Position numbers and translations under genes: made by a program. Of a stretch of DNA of 64,000 nucleotides, positions 17,431 to 27,483 are shown in pieces (position 1 is the stretch's first letter; each line of letters begins with the position of its first letter). The notes below the pieces were generated by a model that was given only the letters and a program-made list of their open reading frames with translations, ran no database searches and was not told the DNA's origin. Source of the DNA: an uncultured Clostridia bacterium (GTDB lineage Bacteria > Bacillota > Clostridia > Oscillospirales > Acutalibacteraceae); assembly GCA_947166625.1 (NCBI GenBank), contig CAMVEX010000016.1:2414-66413 (forward strand), read 5' to 3'.

Positions 17431-17655
17431 TTGAAAGTTGAAGAACTTATTGCGCTGTTACATGAAGAATTCGGTCTGGACAGCGATGATGTCAACGAAG
17501 ACACCATGCTTGAAGAAATCGCAAGCGACGAATACGAAATGCAGGAACTCCTCGGATGCATTGGGGAGGCGCTCGGCTGCGAGATAAATATCGAGCCCGC
17601 CGAGGATTGGAATTTAGGCAACCTTGCCGAAGCCGTCACCAGGGCGGAAGAATAA
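17431..17655 (+). CDS. Small acidic ACP-like protein
   Basis: A 74-aa ORF with a TTG start preceded by AAAGGGAGG. It contains GLDSDD where ACPs carry the DSL phosphopantetheine site, and it sits upstream of rnc where acpP is found in Firmicutes. Confidence 0.45.
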   Translation: MKVEELIALLHEEFGLDSDDVNEDTMLEEIASDEYEMQELLGCIGEALGCEINIEPAEDWNLGNLAEAVTRAEE

Positions 17656-17684
17656 GGCAGGTCAAATTCACGGAAGGTGATATA

Positions 17685-18359
17685 ATGGAAAAGAAACTTG
17701 AAGCCCTTCAAAATAATCTCGGCTATAAATTCAAGGATATTTCGCTGCTCAAGACCGCTCTGACCCATTCCTCTTACGCAAATGAAAAAAATACGGTCTG
17801 CAACGAGAGGCTTGAATTCCTCGGCGACGCCGTGCTCGGATTCATATCCGCCGATTATTTTTACGGCAAATACAATGTGCCCGAAGGGGAGCTCACCAAA
17901 CACAGGGCGGCGAGAGTATGCGAAAATGCGCTCAGCCTTTTTGCGCGGGAGCTCGATATAGGCTCCGCTCTCTATCTGGGCAAGGGCGAGGAGCGTATGA
18001 ACGGCAGGAACAAGCCCTCGATGCTGGCGGACGCCTTTGAGGCGGTGTTGGCGGCGGTCTATCTTGACGGCGGGCTTGAGCCGGCTAAAAAGATCGCGCT
18101 TCGATTCGTTGCCCGCCACGATAAGCTCGATGAAACGGGCGATTACAAAACCGCTCTGCAAGAGGTGGTCCAGAGAAACCGCGAGGAGCGTGTGGAATAT
18201 GTGCTCATCGAAGAGACGGGCCCCGCCCACAACAAGCATTTTGTCATAGAGGTCCATCTCAACAGCAACGTCATCGGCAAGGGCGAGGGCAAGAGCAAAA
18301 AAATCGCCGAGCAGATGGCGGCAAAAGAAGCTCTCGAGCTTATGGGCATAGTAAAATGA
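17685..18359 (+). CDS. rnc: Ribonuclease III
   Basis: The ATG at 17685 gives MEKKLEALQNNLGYKFKDISLLKTALTHSSY and the signature ERLEFLGDAV, followed by a C-terminal dsRBD. Confidence 0.93.
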   Translation: MEKKLEALQNNLGYKFKDISLLKTALTHSSYANEKNTVCNERLEFLGDAVLGFISADYFYGKYNVPEGELTKHRAARVCENALSLFARELDIGSALYLGKGEERMNGRNKPSMLADAFEAVLAAVYLDGGLEPAKKIALRFVARHDKLDETGDYKTALQEVVQRNREERVEYVLIEETGPAHNKHFVIEVHLNSNVIGKGEGKSKKIAEQMAAKEALELMGIVK

Positions 18360-19366
18360 AGCATATCAACGTGGCGCTCTTTGTCGTCCACCGCGGCTGC
18401 CCCCATACCTGCAGCTTCTGCAACCAGCGGAGCATTACGGGCTTTGACCGCGAGCTTACCCCCGCGGATGTGGATCGCGCCGTTGAAACCGCTCTCGCTT
18501 CTCTTGACAGCGAAACGGCGACAGGCGGTGAGATCGCGTTTTTCGGCGGCAGCTTCACGATGACGGAGCGCGGATATATGATTTCTCTGCTCGAAGCGGC
18601 CTATAAGTATGTTTCGGCAGGCCTTTTCAAGGGCATAAGGATCTCCACCCGCCCCGACGGGATAACCGCAGAGATATGCTCGATCCTCAAAAAATACGGC
18701 GTTACGGCGATAGAGCTCGGCGCGCAGTCGCTTGATGACAGAGTGCTCGCCCTCAATGAGAGGGGCCACACCGAAAAGCAGATCCGCGAAGCCTGCCGTA
18801 TGATTTCGGAATATGGCTTTGAGCTCGGTTTGCAGATGATGACGGGGCTTTACGGCTCCGGGGATGAGGACAGCATCGAAACAGCCGAAAAGATCATTTC
18901 GCTGCACCCTGCCACCGTGAGGATCTATCCAACCGTCGTCCTTAAAGGCACAAAGCTTCATGAGCTTATGCTCTCGGGCGAATTCACGCCGAAGGGGATC
19001 GAAGAGACGGTCGGCCTCTGCGCGAGGCTGATACCGATGTTTGAGCAGGCGGGGATCAAAATCATCAGAGTGGGGCTTCATTCCGGCGGAGGAGTTGACG
19101 GCGAAGCAGCAGGCGGAGCGTATCATCCGGCGCTGAGAGAACTTTGTGAAGGGCGCATTTATCTGAACGCGGCGCTCAGAGAGTTCAGGCGTCTCCCCGC
19201 AGGGGAATATATATTGACGGTCGGCAGGGGCTGCCGCTCAAAAATGACCGGTCAAAAAAGAGCGAATCTCCGCGCTTTGGCGGCGGAGGGCTTCACCTGC
19301 GAGGTTGAAGAAAACGCTTCGGTAAAAAAATACGAGGTCAAGGTAAGGTTAAAAAATGATACTTAA
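18356..19366 (+). CDS. Radical SAM protein (ELP3/HemN-like family)
   Basis: It contains CPHTCSFC (CxxxCxxC). The position between rnc and smc is conserved in Clostridia. Confidence 0.8.
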   Translation: MKHINVALFVVHRGCPHTCSFCNQRSITGFDRELTPADVDRAVETALASLDSETATGGEIAFFGGSFTMTERGYMISLLEAAYKYVSAGLFKGIRISTRPDGITAEICSILKKYGVTAIELGAQSLDDRVLALNERGHTEKQIREACRMISEYGFELGLQMMTGLYGSGDEDSIETAEKIISLHPATVRIYPTVVLKGTKLHELMLSGEFTPKGIEETVGLCARLIPMFEQAGIKIIRVGLHSGGGVDGEAAGGAYHPALRELCEGRIYLNAALREFRRLPAGEYILTVGRGCRSKMTGQKRANLRALAAEGFTCEVEENASVKKYEVKVRLKNDT

Positions 19367-22300
19367 ATCAATAGAAATGCAGGGCTTCAAATCCTTCCCC
19401 GATAAGACGGAATTCAAGCTCGGAAAGGGAATAACGGGCGTCGTCGGTCCGAACGGCTCGGGCAAGAGCAATATTTCGGACGCCGTGCGCTGGGTGCTCG
19501 GCGAGCAGTCCACAAAGGCGCTCAGAGGCTCCCGCATGGAGGATGTCATATTCGGCGGAACAGACAGGCGCAAGGCGCTCGGCTTCGCCGAGGTCACTCT
19601 GCGTCTCGATAATAAAGACAGGACCCTTAATATAGATAAGGACGAGGTCTCCGTTTCAAGGCGCTACTATCGCTCGGGCGAGAGCGATTATAAGATAAAC
19701 GGCGAATCGAGCCGTCTGAGAGATGTCCACGAGCTGTTTATGGATACGGGTCTGGGCAGAGACGGCTATTCAATGGTCTCGCAGGGCAGGATCGCGGATC
19801 TCGTTTCCGCCAGATCCACCCAGCGCAGAGATATGCTTGAGGAGGCTGCGGGTATCTCCCATTACCGCTACAGAAGGGCGGACGCAAACCGCCGTCTTGA
19901 CCAGGCGGAGGAGAATCTCGTGCGTCTGCGCGACCGTCTCGCCGATCTTGAAGCGAGGATAGGCCCGTTAAAGACCCAGAGCGAAAAAGCGGTCAAATAT
20001 CTCGCTTTATCCGATGAAAAGAAAACTCTCGAGGTCGGCCTCTGGCTGCATACCATCGAGAGATCGGGCAAGGAGCTTCAGGAGCAGGAGAGCAAGCTCT
20101 CCATAGCGAACGCCCACTATGAATCCGTTGAAACCGAGCTTACCGAAATCGAAGAAAAGCTTGAGCAGAGCGTCGGCGAGAGGCAGGATATAACCGTAAG
20201 GATCGAAAACCTCACCGCGGATATTGCCCGCTCGCAGGAGCAGGCGACCGCCAAAGACGGCGAGATAGCGGTCAAAAAGAATAATATCGAGCATAATCTC
20301 GCGACGATCGAGAGGATCAACGCCGATATGGGCGACGGCGCAAAGACCGCCGCCGAAATAGATGAGCAGATAAGATCCGCAAAGGAGCAGATAGAGGAGA
20401 AGCAGGCGCAGATCGCCGCCAAAAAAGACAGCCTCTCCTCGGAGCTCGAAAAGCTCAATTCGCTGCTTGAGCAAAATTCCGAAAACAGCGAGCAGGTGCG
20501 CCGGATCAACGAGGAACTCACCGCCGCCGCCGTAAGGCTCAGCGATCTCAAAATAGGCAGATCCACCGCCGAATCCGCCATAGCGGAGCTCGAAACGAGG
20601 ATCGCTTCCATAGATGAGCTGCTCTCAACGAGAAGCGGCGTTACCGACGAGATAGAAAAAGAAATGGCAAAGGTCGGCGCCGAGCTCGCGGCTTTCAGAA
20701 ACGAGGAGAGCGAGAATGAGAATGCGCTTGACGGCTACCGCCTCATAATCGAAACGAGAGAAACCAAGGCGGCGAAGCTCCACGAGGAGATAGATTCGCT
20801 CAATCTCGATATTTATCAGAAAAACGCGAGGATCAAAATGCTCGATGACCTCGAAAAGAATCTTGACGGCTACGCCGGCTCGGTTCAGAAGGTCATCAAA
20901 GAGGCAAAAAGAGGCACCCTGCGCGGGATAAGAGGCACTCTCTCTCAGCTAATCTCCACCAAGGGCGAATATTCCGTCGCGGTCGAAACGGCGCTCGGCG
21001 CGGCGATCCAGAATGTTGTCACCGATGATGAAAACGCCGCCAAAAAGGCCATTGAATTCCTCAAAGCCAACAGAGCGGGCAGAGCCACCTTCCTTCCTCT
21101 CACTTCTGTAAAGCCAAAGCCCTTTACAGAGAAGGGGCTCGATAAATGCGAGGGCTATGTGGATATCGCCTCCGCCCTCGTTGAATGTGACGGCAAATAT
21201 TCCGATATAATCGCCTCCCTGCTCGGCAGGACCGCAGTCGTCGATAATATTGATAACGGCATAGCGATGGCGAAGCAGTATTCATACAGATTCAAGATAG
21301 TCACGCTTGACGGTCAGGTGCTCAACGCCGGCGGCTCAATGACCGGCGGCTCCCGAGGCTCCGGCACGGGATTCCTCAGCAGGATAAACGAGATCGAAGA
21401 ACTTAAGGAGGATGTAAAGATCCTTCAGTCGCGCCTTGACGAAAAGACAAAGAAGGTGTCCGGGCTCGATTCCGAGATCGCAGCCGCAAGGGCTGAGCTT
21501 GACGCGAGCGAGGCAGAGATCATAAAGCTTCAGGAGAGCATAATCCGCTCCGAGAGCGAGCATAAAATGCTTGAAGACAGGCTCAATTCCGCGCGCGGCC
21601 ATATAGCGGAGCTGGTCGCGGAAAAGGAGAGGTCGGCGCAGAGGATAAAGGATTCCGAAGCCGCCGCGGGCAGCGCGGATAAAGAGATAGACGCTGTCGA
21701 AAAGCAGATATCCGCTCTGAATTCCCGTATTGATGAGCTCGATGTCGAGCGCGGTAAACTCGATGAAATGCGCGAAAAATCATCCGAGCTCCAGCATAAT
21801 CTCAATCTTGAGATACTCGCCCTCAACAAAGAAACCGAAGCATTCGATTCAACCATAGAATCCGCCCTTTTGAGCAAGGAGGCTCTCGCCGGGCGCTCCG
21901 ATAAGCTTGAGGAAGAAATAGCGCAGTTAAAGGCGGAAAATGAAGAAACCCAAAAGGCCATCGAAGCCCTCGCCGCCGAGGCGAAGGCTCTCAGAGAGGG
22001 CGCGGCGGATACTCAGAGCGAGATAGATTCTCTCATCGAAGCGAGAAACGAAAACGAGGCGGAGGGCGTAAGGCTCCGCACCCGCGAGCGCGAGCTCAAT
22101 TCGGATAAAGAGAAGCTCAGCGGCGAGCTCGCAAGGCTCGATGAGCGCAAAGCTTCGCTTGAAAATTCGCTCGAAACCACCAAAAACAAGCTCTTTGACG
22201 AATATCAGCTCACCTTCTACGATGCGCAGGAGATAGGCGAGATACCCGAGGATATAGGCAAAGCCCAGCGTACCCTTCAGGAGATAAAAAATAAAATACG

Positions 22301-22928
22301 CGGCCTGGGTACGGTAAACCCCGGCGCGATAGAGGAATATAAAGAAGTCAGCGAGCAGTATGAATTTTTCAGCACCCAGCTCAACGATGTCGAGACCTCA
22401 AAAAAGAAGCTCGAAAAGCTCATCGCGGAGCTCACGGAAAAAATGGCGGAGAAATTCAGAGAGCAGTTCAGGCTCATCAACAACAGTTTCTCCGAAACAT
22501 TCAGGGATCTTTTCGCGGGCGGCAAGGCGGAGCTTGTGCTCGACGATCCGCAGGATGTGCTCGAATGCAACATCAATATCAAGGTCCAGCCGCCGGGCAA
22601 AAACGTGCAGAATATCGACCTGCTTTCGGGCGGCGAAAAGGGACTTGCGGCGATCGCCCTGCTCTTTGCCATCCTCAAGATCAACCCCGCGCCATTCTGT
22701 ATATTTGACGAGGTCGAGGCGGCGCTTGACGATATAAACGTTTCGCGTTACGCGCACTATGTCCGCAATATGACCCAGAGCACCCAGTTCATCCTCATCA
22801 CCCACCGCCGCGGCACCATGGAGGAGGCGGATGTCCTCTACGGCATCACCATGCAGGAGGAGGGCGTTTCAAAAATGCTCGAACTCAAGAGCTACGAAAT
22901 GGCGAAAAAACTCGGTCTTGATCAGTGA
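19356..22928 (+). CDS. smc: Chromosome segregation protein SMC
   Basis: A 1190-aa ORF with Walker A GPNGSGKSN, long coiled coils, a hinge, and the C-terminal LSGGEK and Walker B FCIFDEVEAALD. Confidence 0.95.
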   Translation: MILKSIEMQGFKSFPDKTEFKLGKGITGVVGPNGSGKSNISDAVRWVLGEQSTKALRGSRMEDVIFGGTDRRKALGFAEVTLRLDNKDRTLNIDKDEVSVSRRYYRSGESDYKINGESSRLRDVHELFMDTGLGRDGYSMVSQGRIADLVSARSTQRRDMLEEAAGISHYRYRRADANRRLDQAEENLVRLRDRLADLEARIGPLKTQSEKAVKYLALSDEKKTLEVGLWLHTIERSGKELQEQESKLSIANAHYESVETELTEIEEKLEQSVGERQDITVRIENLTADIARSQEQATAKDGEIAVKKNNIEHNLATIERINADMGDGAKTAAEIDEQIRSAKEQIEEKQAQIAAKKDSLSSELEKLNSLLEQNSENSEQVRRINEELTAAAVRLSDLKIGRSTAESAIAELETRIASIDELLSTRSGVTDEIEKEMAKVGAELAAFRNEESENENALDGYRLIIETRETKAAKLHEEIDSLNLDIYQKNARIKMLDDLEKNLDGYAGSVQKVIKEAKRGTLRGIRGTLSQLISTKGEYSVAVETALGAAIQNVVTDDENAAKKAIEFLKANRAGRATFLPLTSVKPKPFTEKGLDKCEGYVDIASALVECDGKYSDIIASLLGRTAVVDNIDNGIAMAKQYSYRFKIVTLDGQVLNAGGSMTGGSRGSGTGFLSRINEIEELKEDVKILQSRLDEKTKKVSGLDSEIAAARAELDASEAEIIKLQESIIRSESEHKMLEDRLNSARGHIAELVAEKERSAQRIKDSEAAAGSADKEIDAVEKQISALNSRIDELDVERGKLDEMREKSSELQHNLNLEILALNKETEAFDSTIESALLSKEALAGRSDKLEEEIAQLKAENEETQKAIEALAAEAKALREGAADTQSEIDSLIEARNENEAEGVRLRTRERELNSDKEKLSGELARLDERKASLENSLETTKNKLFDEYQLTFYDAQEIGEIPEDIGKAQRTLQEIKNKIRGLGTVNPGAIEEYKEVSEQYEFFSTQLNDVETSKKKLEKLIAELTEKMAEKFREQFRLINNSFSETFRDLFAGGKAELVLDDPQDVLECNINIKVQPPGKNVQNIDLLSGGEKGLAAIALLFAILKINPAPFCIFDEVEAALDDINVSRYAHYVRNMTQSTQFILITHRRGTMEEADVLYGITMQEEGVSKMLELKSYEMAKKLGLDQ

Positions 22929-22973
22929 TTGACTTTTTGCACCGTTTTAATGTATAATAGAGGAAGAATAATT

Positions 22974-24188
22974 ATGAAGGAGAAAATCATGGATATTCTT
23001 GAAGCAAAAAAACTTGTTATAGAAGCCGGCGAAAGACTTGTTGAAACAGGCCTTATCGCAAGGACCTGGGGCAATGTAAGCTGCCGCGTGGATGATAAAA
23101 CCTTTGTGATCACCCCGAGCGGAAAGCCCTATATCGGATTAAAGCCCGATGATATAGTTGAGGTAGCAATAGAGGATTGCGCGTGGAGCGGCGATGTCAA
23201 GCCCTCCAGCGAAAAGGGGATCCACGCCGAGGTATATAAGATCTATCCCGAAGCGAATTTCGTTATCCACACCCATCAGACGGTCGCCTCCTGCATCAGC
23301 GTGCTCAAGAGCGGCATCGACTCCGTCACCGGCGAGGCTCAAAAGATAATCGGCAACAATGTCATCCTTGCCGCCTACGGTCTTTCGGGCACAAAGAAGC
23401 TCAAAAAAGGCGTTTCCGCCGCCCTCAGGCTCAGCCCGTCAAAGGCTGTCATTATGTCTCACCACGGCGCGCTCTGCTACGGCAGCAGCTATGACGAGGC
23501 TTTTTCCGTCGCCGCCATGCTCGAAAAAATCAGCGCGGAATACATCCTTAACGCCGCAAAAAATAAATTCAACATCATCGCCGACGATCTCGACGCCTTC
23601 TGCGAGGGTATCGTGAGCAAGGTGGTCAAATCAAATAAAACTATTGCAATTGACAAATCCCAGTTGTATAATAGCTACTGTGACAGAGAAAACGGCAGGA
23701 TCACCCTCACAAACTGCGAGAGCGGCGAAGAGACCGTTATGGATCTCGAATCCGGCAATGTAAACGGCGCCGTTTCCGATACGGCTCAGGCTCACAGATC
23801 CATCTATCTTGCCCAGCCCAAGCTCAATTATATTATCCACAATTCAGATAAAGCGACCGTCGCCGCCTCCGTCATAGGCAAAAAGATGAAACCGCTGATC
23901 GACGATTTCGGCCAGATCTGCGGCACATCCGTCAAGGTCGCCAAAACTCCCGATAAATGCGGCAAAAAGATCAGAGGCAAAAACGCCGTCCTTCTCAAGG
24001 ATAAAGGCGCCCTCTGCTGCGGCGGCGTTCAGGGAGACGCCGAAGCGGTCGATATGATAATGACCAAGAGCAGCCTTGCCCTGCTTACCACCAAGGTGCT
24101 CGATGCCGCGAAGCCTGTTAACCCCGTAGCGGCGCTTCTTGAAAGAGTCGTCTATACGATGAAGTATTCAAAACAGGCCACCAAATAA
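22974..24188 (+). CDS. Class II aldolase/adducin-family protein with a second, degenerate C-terminal copy
   Basis: The ATG at 22974 follows AGGAAG. The N-terminal half has TWGNVS, ITPSG, SSEKGIHAEVY and VIHTHQ. The C-terminal half is similar in length and lacks the His cluster (IIHNSD). Confidence 0.7.
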   Translation: MKEKIMDILEAKKLVIEAGERLVETGLIARTWGNVSCRVDDKTFVITPSGKPYIGLKPDDIVEVAIEDCAWSGDVKPSSEKGIHAEVYKIYPEANFVIHTHQTVASCISVLKSGIDSVTGEAQKIIGNNVILAAYGLSGTKKLKKGVSAALRLSPSKAVIMSHHGALCYGSSYDEAFSVAAMLEKISAEYILNAAKNKFNIIADDLDAFCEGIVSKVVKSNKTIAIDKSQLYNSYCDRENGRITLTNCESGEETVMDLESGNVNGAVSDTAQAHRSIYLAQPKLNYIIHNSDKATVAASVIGKKMKPLIDDFGQICGTSVKVAKTPDKCGKKIRGKNAVLLKDKGALCCGGVQGDAEAVDMIMTKSSLALLTTKVLDAAKPVNPVAALLERVVYTMKYSKQATK

Positions 24189-24229
24189 CCAACTACTTCT
24201 TTTTGTCCCCCGTTTTATACGAGAAAAGT

Positions 24230-24267
24230 CCGGCGCCCAGTTCCAAGCGCCGGTCTTTTCTATTTTT
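24230..24267 (+). terminator. Rho-independent terminator after the aldolase gene
   Basis: Stem CCGGCGC (24230-24236) pairs with GCGCCGG (24247-24253), followed by a T-rich tail. Confidence 0.7.
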
Positions 24268-24391
24268 GAAGAAACTCCGTTTCTTCATTATTCCCTTTAT
24301 TTTTTCAAAACGGTATGATATAATGATCGGGTAACGGCGGTCGGAGACCCCGACGCCTCCCGTATAATTCTGATCCGGAGTAAATATTGAT

Positions 24392-25753
24392 ATGAAAAAA
24401 AACGTGTGTATTTTATTCGCCGCCCTTCTGATCCTGCCGTCCCTGTTCGGGATAAGGGCGAAGGCGATAATTTATAATGATTATATAGAGCAGTTTTATT
24501 CGGACTGCTATATACTGCTGTGTACGGATAATCACGAGATCCTCTTTTCCAAGGATATAAACAAGCAGACGAAGCCCGCGAGCCTCACCAAAATAGTCAC
24601 CGCGAGCGTCATTCTCTCCGAGGTGAGCGATCTCAATCAGACCTATGCCGTCCCCACAGAGGCTCTTGATGAGCTTGCGGGTACCGGCAGCTCCACGGCG
24701 GGGCTTCAGGTCGGCGAGATTTATTCGATTTACAATCTGCTCTGCTGCCTTCTCATCCCCTCCGCGAATGACGCCGCCACCACTCTTGCGACCTATCTTA
24801 CCGGCAGCGACAGGCAGGCATTCGTAGATAAAATGAATGCGCTCGCCGAATCGCTCGGATGCGAAAACAGCCATTTCACTAATGTTCACGGCCTTGACGA
24901 TGAGGATCAATACACCTCTGTCGCGGATATGGCAAAATTCCTCGAAAACGCCATGAAATACCCCGAATTCAAAGAGATCTCGTCAATGAGCCAATACACC
25001 CTCCCCGCAAGCAACAAGCAGGAGGAGAGGTTGATAAGGACCACGAATTTCACCCTTCAATCATCATATAAGGATTATTATAACAGATATATAGACGCGG
25101 GCAAAACGGGCTCCACAAGCGGTGCGGGCCACTGCCTCGCCGTCCATGCCTCAAATAACGGCTACAACTATATCGCCGTGGCGATGAATGCCCCTAAATA
25201 CGATATAGACAATGACGGATATGATGAAAACGGCGCGTTTATAGACTGCCGCGAAATGCTCGATTGGGCATTCAAAAATCTCCGCCTCGTATCCATAGCG
25301 GATTCTGCAAAGATAGTGGCGGAGGTGCCCGTAAAGCTCGGCAAGGGCGCTGATTTTGTCACTCTCTGCCCCTCCGGCACGGCGTTCAGCCTGCTGCCCT
25401 CTACCGTTACCGCAGGCTCGCTCCAGGTCAAGGCGATCCCCGATACAGTGCCCGAATATGTGATCGCCCCGGTCAAAAAGGGAGATGTGATCTGTAAAGG
25501 CGAAGTGCTTTACGCGCAGGAGGTGATCGCCACCATCGACCTCGTCGCCTCCTCCGAAATAAAGCGATCCCTGCTCTCATCCATAGGCAGTATGATACTC
25601 GATCTGTTCACCTCGTCCGTTTTTAAACTCGTTGCCATCCTCGTATTCGCCGCGCTCATAATCCTCATCATCCTGCGCAGGCGGGGGATCATAAAATCAA
25701 AGAAAAAGGTCTATAAGGTCGTTGATTACAACGACTTCGCAAAAAAGAAATAA
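24392..25753 (+). CDS. D-alanyl-D-alanine carboxypeptidase (serine-type, PBP5/6-like)
   Basis: A signal peptide, the SxxK motif PASLTK, SAND (the SxN motif) and a C-terminal TM anchor are present. Confidence 0.85.
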   Translation: MKKNVCILFAALLILPSLFGIRAKAIIYNDYIEQFYSDCYILLCTDNHEILFSKDINKQTKPASLTKIVTASVILSEVSDLNQTYAVPTEALDELAGTGSSTAGLQVGEIYSIYNLLCCLLIPSANDAATTLATYLTGSDRQAFVDKMNALAESLGCENSHFTNVHGLDDEDQYTSVADMAKFLENAMKYPEFKEISSMSQYTLPASNKQEERLIRTTNFTLQSSYKDYYNRYIDAGKTGSTSGAGHCLAVHASNNGYNYIAVAMNAPKYDIDNDGYDENGAFIDCREMLDWAFKNLRLVSIADSAKIVAEVPVKLGKGADFVTLCPSGTAFSLLPSTVTAGSLQVKAIPDTVPEYVIAPVKKGDVICKGEVLYAQEVIATIDLVASSEIKRSLLSSIGSMILDLFTSSVFKLVAILVFAALIILIILRRRGIIKSKKKVYKVVDYNDFAKKK

Positions 25754-25776
25754 ATTTATTTATAACTCGGGAGGTT

Positions 25777-26571
25777 ATGACCATGATGAAGCTCGGAATT
25801 ATCGGCGGCTGGGAAGAGAAAGACTTTGAGTATGTCAGGAGCAAAGGTCTCGAAGCCGTTGAATTCACCGTAAACCACAACATTGACGCAGACGAATTCC
25901 GCACAAAGGCGGAGGCGATCAGATCCTACAGCGAAAAATACGGCGTTGCCGTAGGCTCAATGGGCCGCTGGGGAATGGACAGGATCGCCGGGGACGGCAG
26001 CATTATCGAAAAATCGCTTCACGACGATAAAACCGTTATCGACGCCGCTCTAATCATCGGCTGCCCCGTTTATAATGTGGGCATAAACTATATCGACTCG
26101 ATGACCTATTATGAAAACTGCATGAACGCGATAAAATATCTCTCCGCCCTTCTCGATTATATCAAGGGCAAGGATATCAAGCTCGCCACCTATAACTGCG
26201 ACTGGTCAAATTTCGTTTATAACGATAAGGCGTGGAGCGTTATCCACACCGCTCTGCCCGAGCTCGGCATCAAATATGACGCCTCCCACTGCGCCTACAG
26301 AGGCGATGATTATATGAAAGAGCTGCGCGATTGGGGCAGCAGGGTATATCATGTTCACCTCAAGGGCGTCGTTATCATAGACGGCGAGAGATATGACGAC
26401 GCTCCCGCAGGCCTCGATCAGATAAACTGGGGCGCTCTGCTCGATGTGCTTTACACAAAGGGCTATGACGGAATGCTCTCGATCGAGCCCCATTCAAACT
26501 ACTGGACGGGCGATCTCGGCGAGCGCGGTATCGACTTCACCATCAACTATATGAGGCCGTTCATTTTCTGA
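25777..26571 (+). CDS. Sugar phosphate isomerase/epimerase (xylose isomerase-like TIM barrel)
   Basis: A 264-aa ORF with a pattern typical of the AP_endonuc_2 family. Confidence 0.65.
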   Translation: MTMMKLGIIGGWEEKDFEYVRSKGLEAVEFTVNHNIDADEFRTKAEAIRSYSEKYGVAVGSMGRWGMDRIAGDGSIIEKSLHDDKTVIDAALIIGCPVYNVGINYIDSMTYYENCMNAIKYLSALLDYIKGKDIKLATYNCDWSNFVYNDKAWSVIHTALPELGIKYDASHCAYRGDDYMKELRDWGSRVYHVHLKGVVIIDGERYDDAPAGLDQINWGALLDVLYTKGYDGMLSIEPHSNYWTGDLGERGIDFTINYMRPFIF

Positions 26572-26589
26572 GAATTCTCTCTCAATATC

Positions 26590-26634
26590 AAAAATCCCGC
26601 AGGAACCCAATGTTCCTGCGGGTGCTTCATTTTA
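26590..26634. terminator. Bidirectional terminator between convergent genes
   Basis: An 11-bp stem CCCGCAGGAAC (26596-26606) pairs with GTTCCTGCGGG (26612-26622). An A-run lies on the left and a T-rich stretch on the right. Confidence 0.75.
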
Positions 26635-26644
26635 TGCTGTTTAA

Positions 26645-27454
26645 TCAGTCGTCATAATTTTCGTCGCGAAAAACGCTTATATTTGCGTATTCATCATCAC
26701 CGAATATGAGTTTCTCAAGAATATCGGGTTTCATGGAAGTGATGTTATCCACTCCGTAGCCGAGCAGCTCCTTGGTCTGGTCAATGCGGTTTACCGTCCA
26801 CACCGAAACATAGAGGTCGCGGCGGTGCATCATATCGCAGAGCTGCTTTGAGCAATGGCCGTAAGGGGTGTTTACCCCGATGGCGCCCAAAGCCTTGACC
26901 CTCTCAACAAGGGCCTTGCCAATATCTCTGTCTTTCGCCTCCTCCTCGGTTATCTCGTGATTGAGATAAAAGGGAACTGCGGAGGTCGATTTGACCCTGT
27001 CTATCCAATCCTCACCCACGCCCGTGTAAAATGCGCGCTCTTTGAGATTGTATTCCTGTATCATCTCATCAATCGCCGGCAGATTTTTGGTTGATTTGAG
27101 GTCAAGATTTATCTTGCATTTCCTGCTGCCGGCTATGATCTTGAATGCCATATCGAGCGATTCGCCCTGCTTCATCGTGGGCTCCGAATTATGGATGATG
27201 ACCGGCGTTCCGTCCGGTCTGAAAGAAACGTCAAGCTCGATGCATTTCGCTCCGTGATAGATGGAGTAGCTTACTCCTTCGAGCGAATTCGGCTTTTGCC
27301 TGAGAGCGCCCGCGTGATGGCATACCGTAAAGCCGTATTGGAGCTCGGGGCATTCCCATTCCTCCGCCGGCTTTTTGGGGAATAATTTATCTAATAAAGA
27401 CATTTTTCGCAACACCTCTGAAAGCATTGTAGCATACCGGGATAAAAAATTCAA
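26645..27454 (-). CDS. Glycerophosphodiester phosphodiesterase family protein
   Basis: The GDPD-like pattern HHAGALRQKPNSLEG...IELDV...DGTPVIIHN is present. The start is uncertain, with internal Met codons at residues 10 and 18. Confidence 0.7.
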   Translation of the reverse strand: MNFLSRYATMLSEVLRKMSLLDKLFPKKPAEEWECPELQYGFTVCHHAGALRQKPNSLEGVSYSIYHGAKCIELDVSFRPDGTPVIIHNSEPTMKQGESLDMAFKIIAGSRKCKINLDLKSTKNLPAIDEMIQEYNLKERAFYTGVGEDWIDRVKSTSAVPFYLNHEITEEEAKDRDIGKALVERVKALGAIGVNTPYGHCSKQLCDMMHRRDLYVSVWTVNRIDQTKELLGYGVDNITSMKPDILEKLIFGDDEYANISVFRDENYDD

Positions 27455-27483
27455 TTATTATTTATACCGACGGTAAATGCACC

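Noticed and set aside
17391-19126. Long minus-strand ORFs (288 aa at 17391-18257 and 327 aa at 18143-19126) opposite rnc and the radical SAM gene.
   Set aside because: These are antisense shadows of confidently identified genes. Composition is low-complexity and Arg/Ala/Leu-rich, with no motifs and no translation signals.
20007-21961. Several 140-165-aa minus-strand ORFs inside smc.
   Set aside because: They are Ser/Leu-rich mirror frames of the Glu/Lys/Ala-rich coiled-coil coding sequence, a typical antisense artefact.
24268-24391. A possible riboswitch or leader in the 5' region of the D,D-carboxypeptidase gene.
   Set aside because: I found only an extended -10-like TGATATAAT and a short GC-rich segment, with no recognisable riboswitch core or terminator/antiterminator pair.
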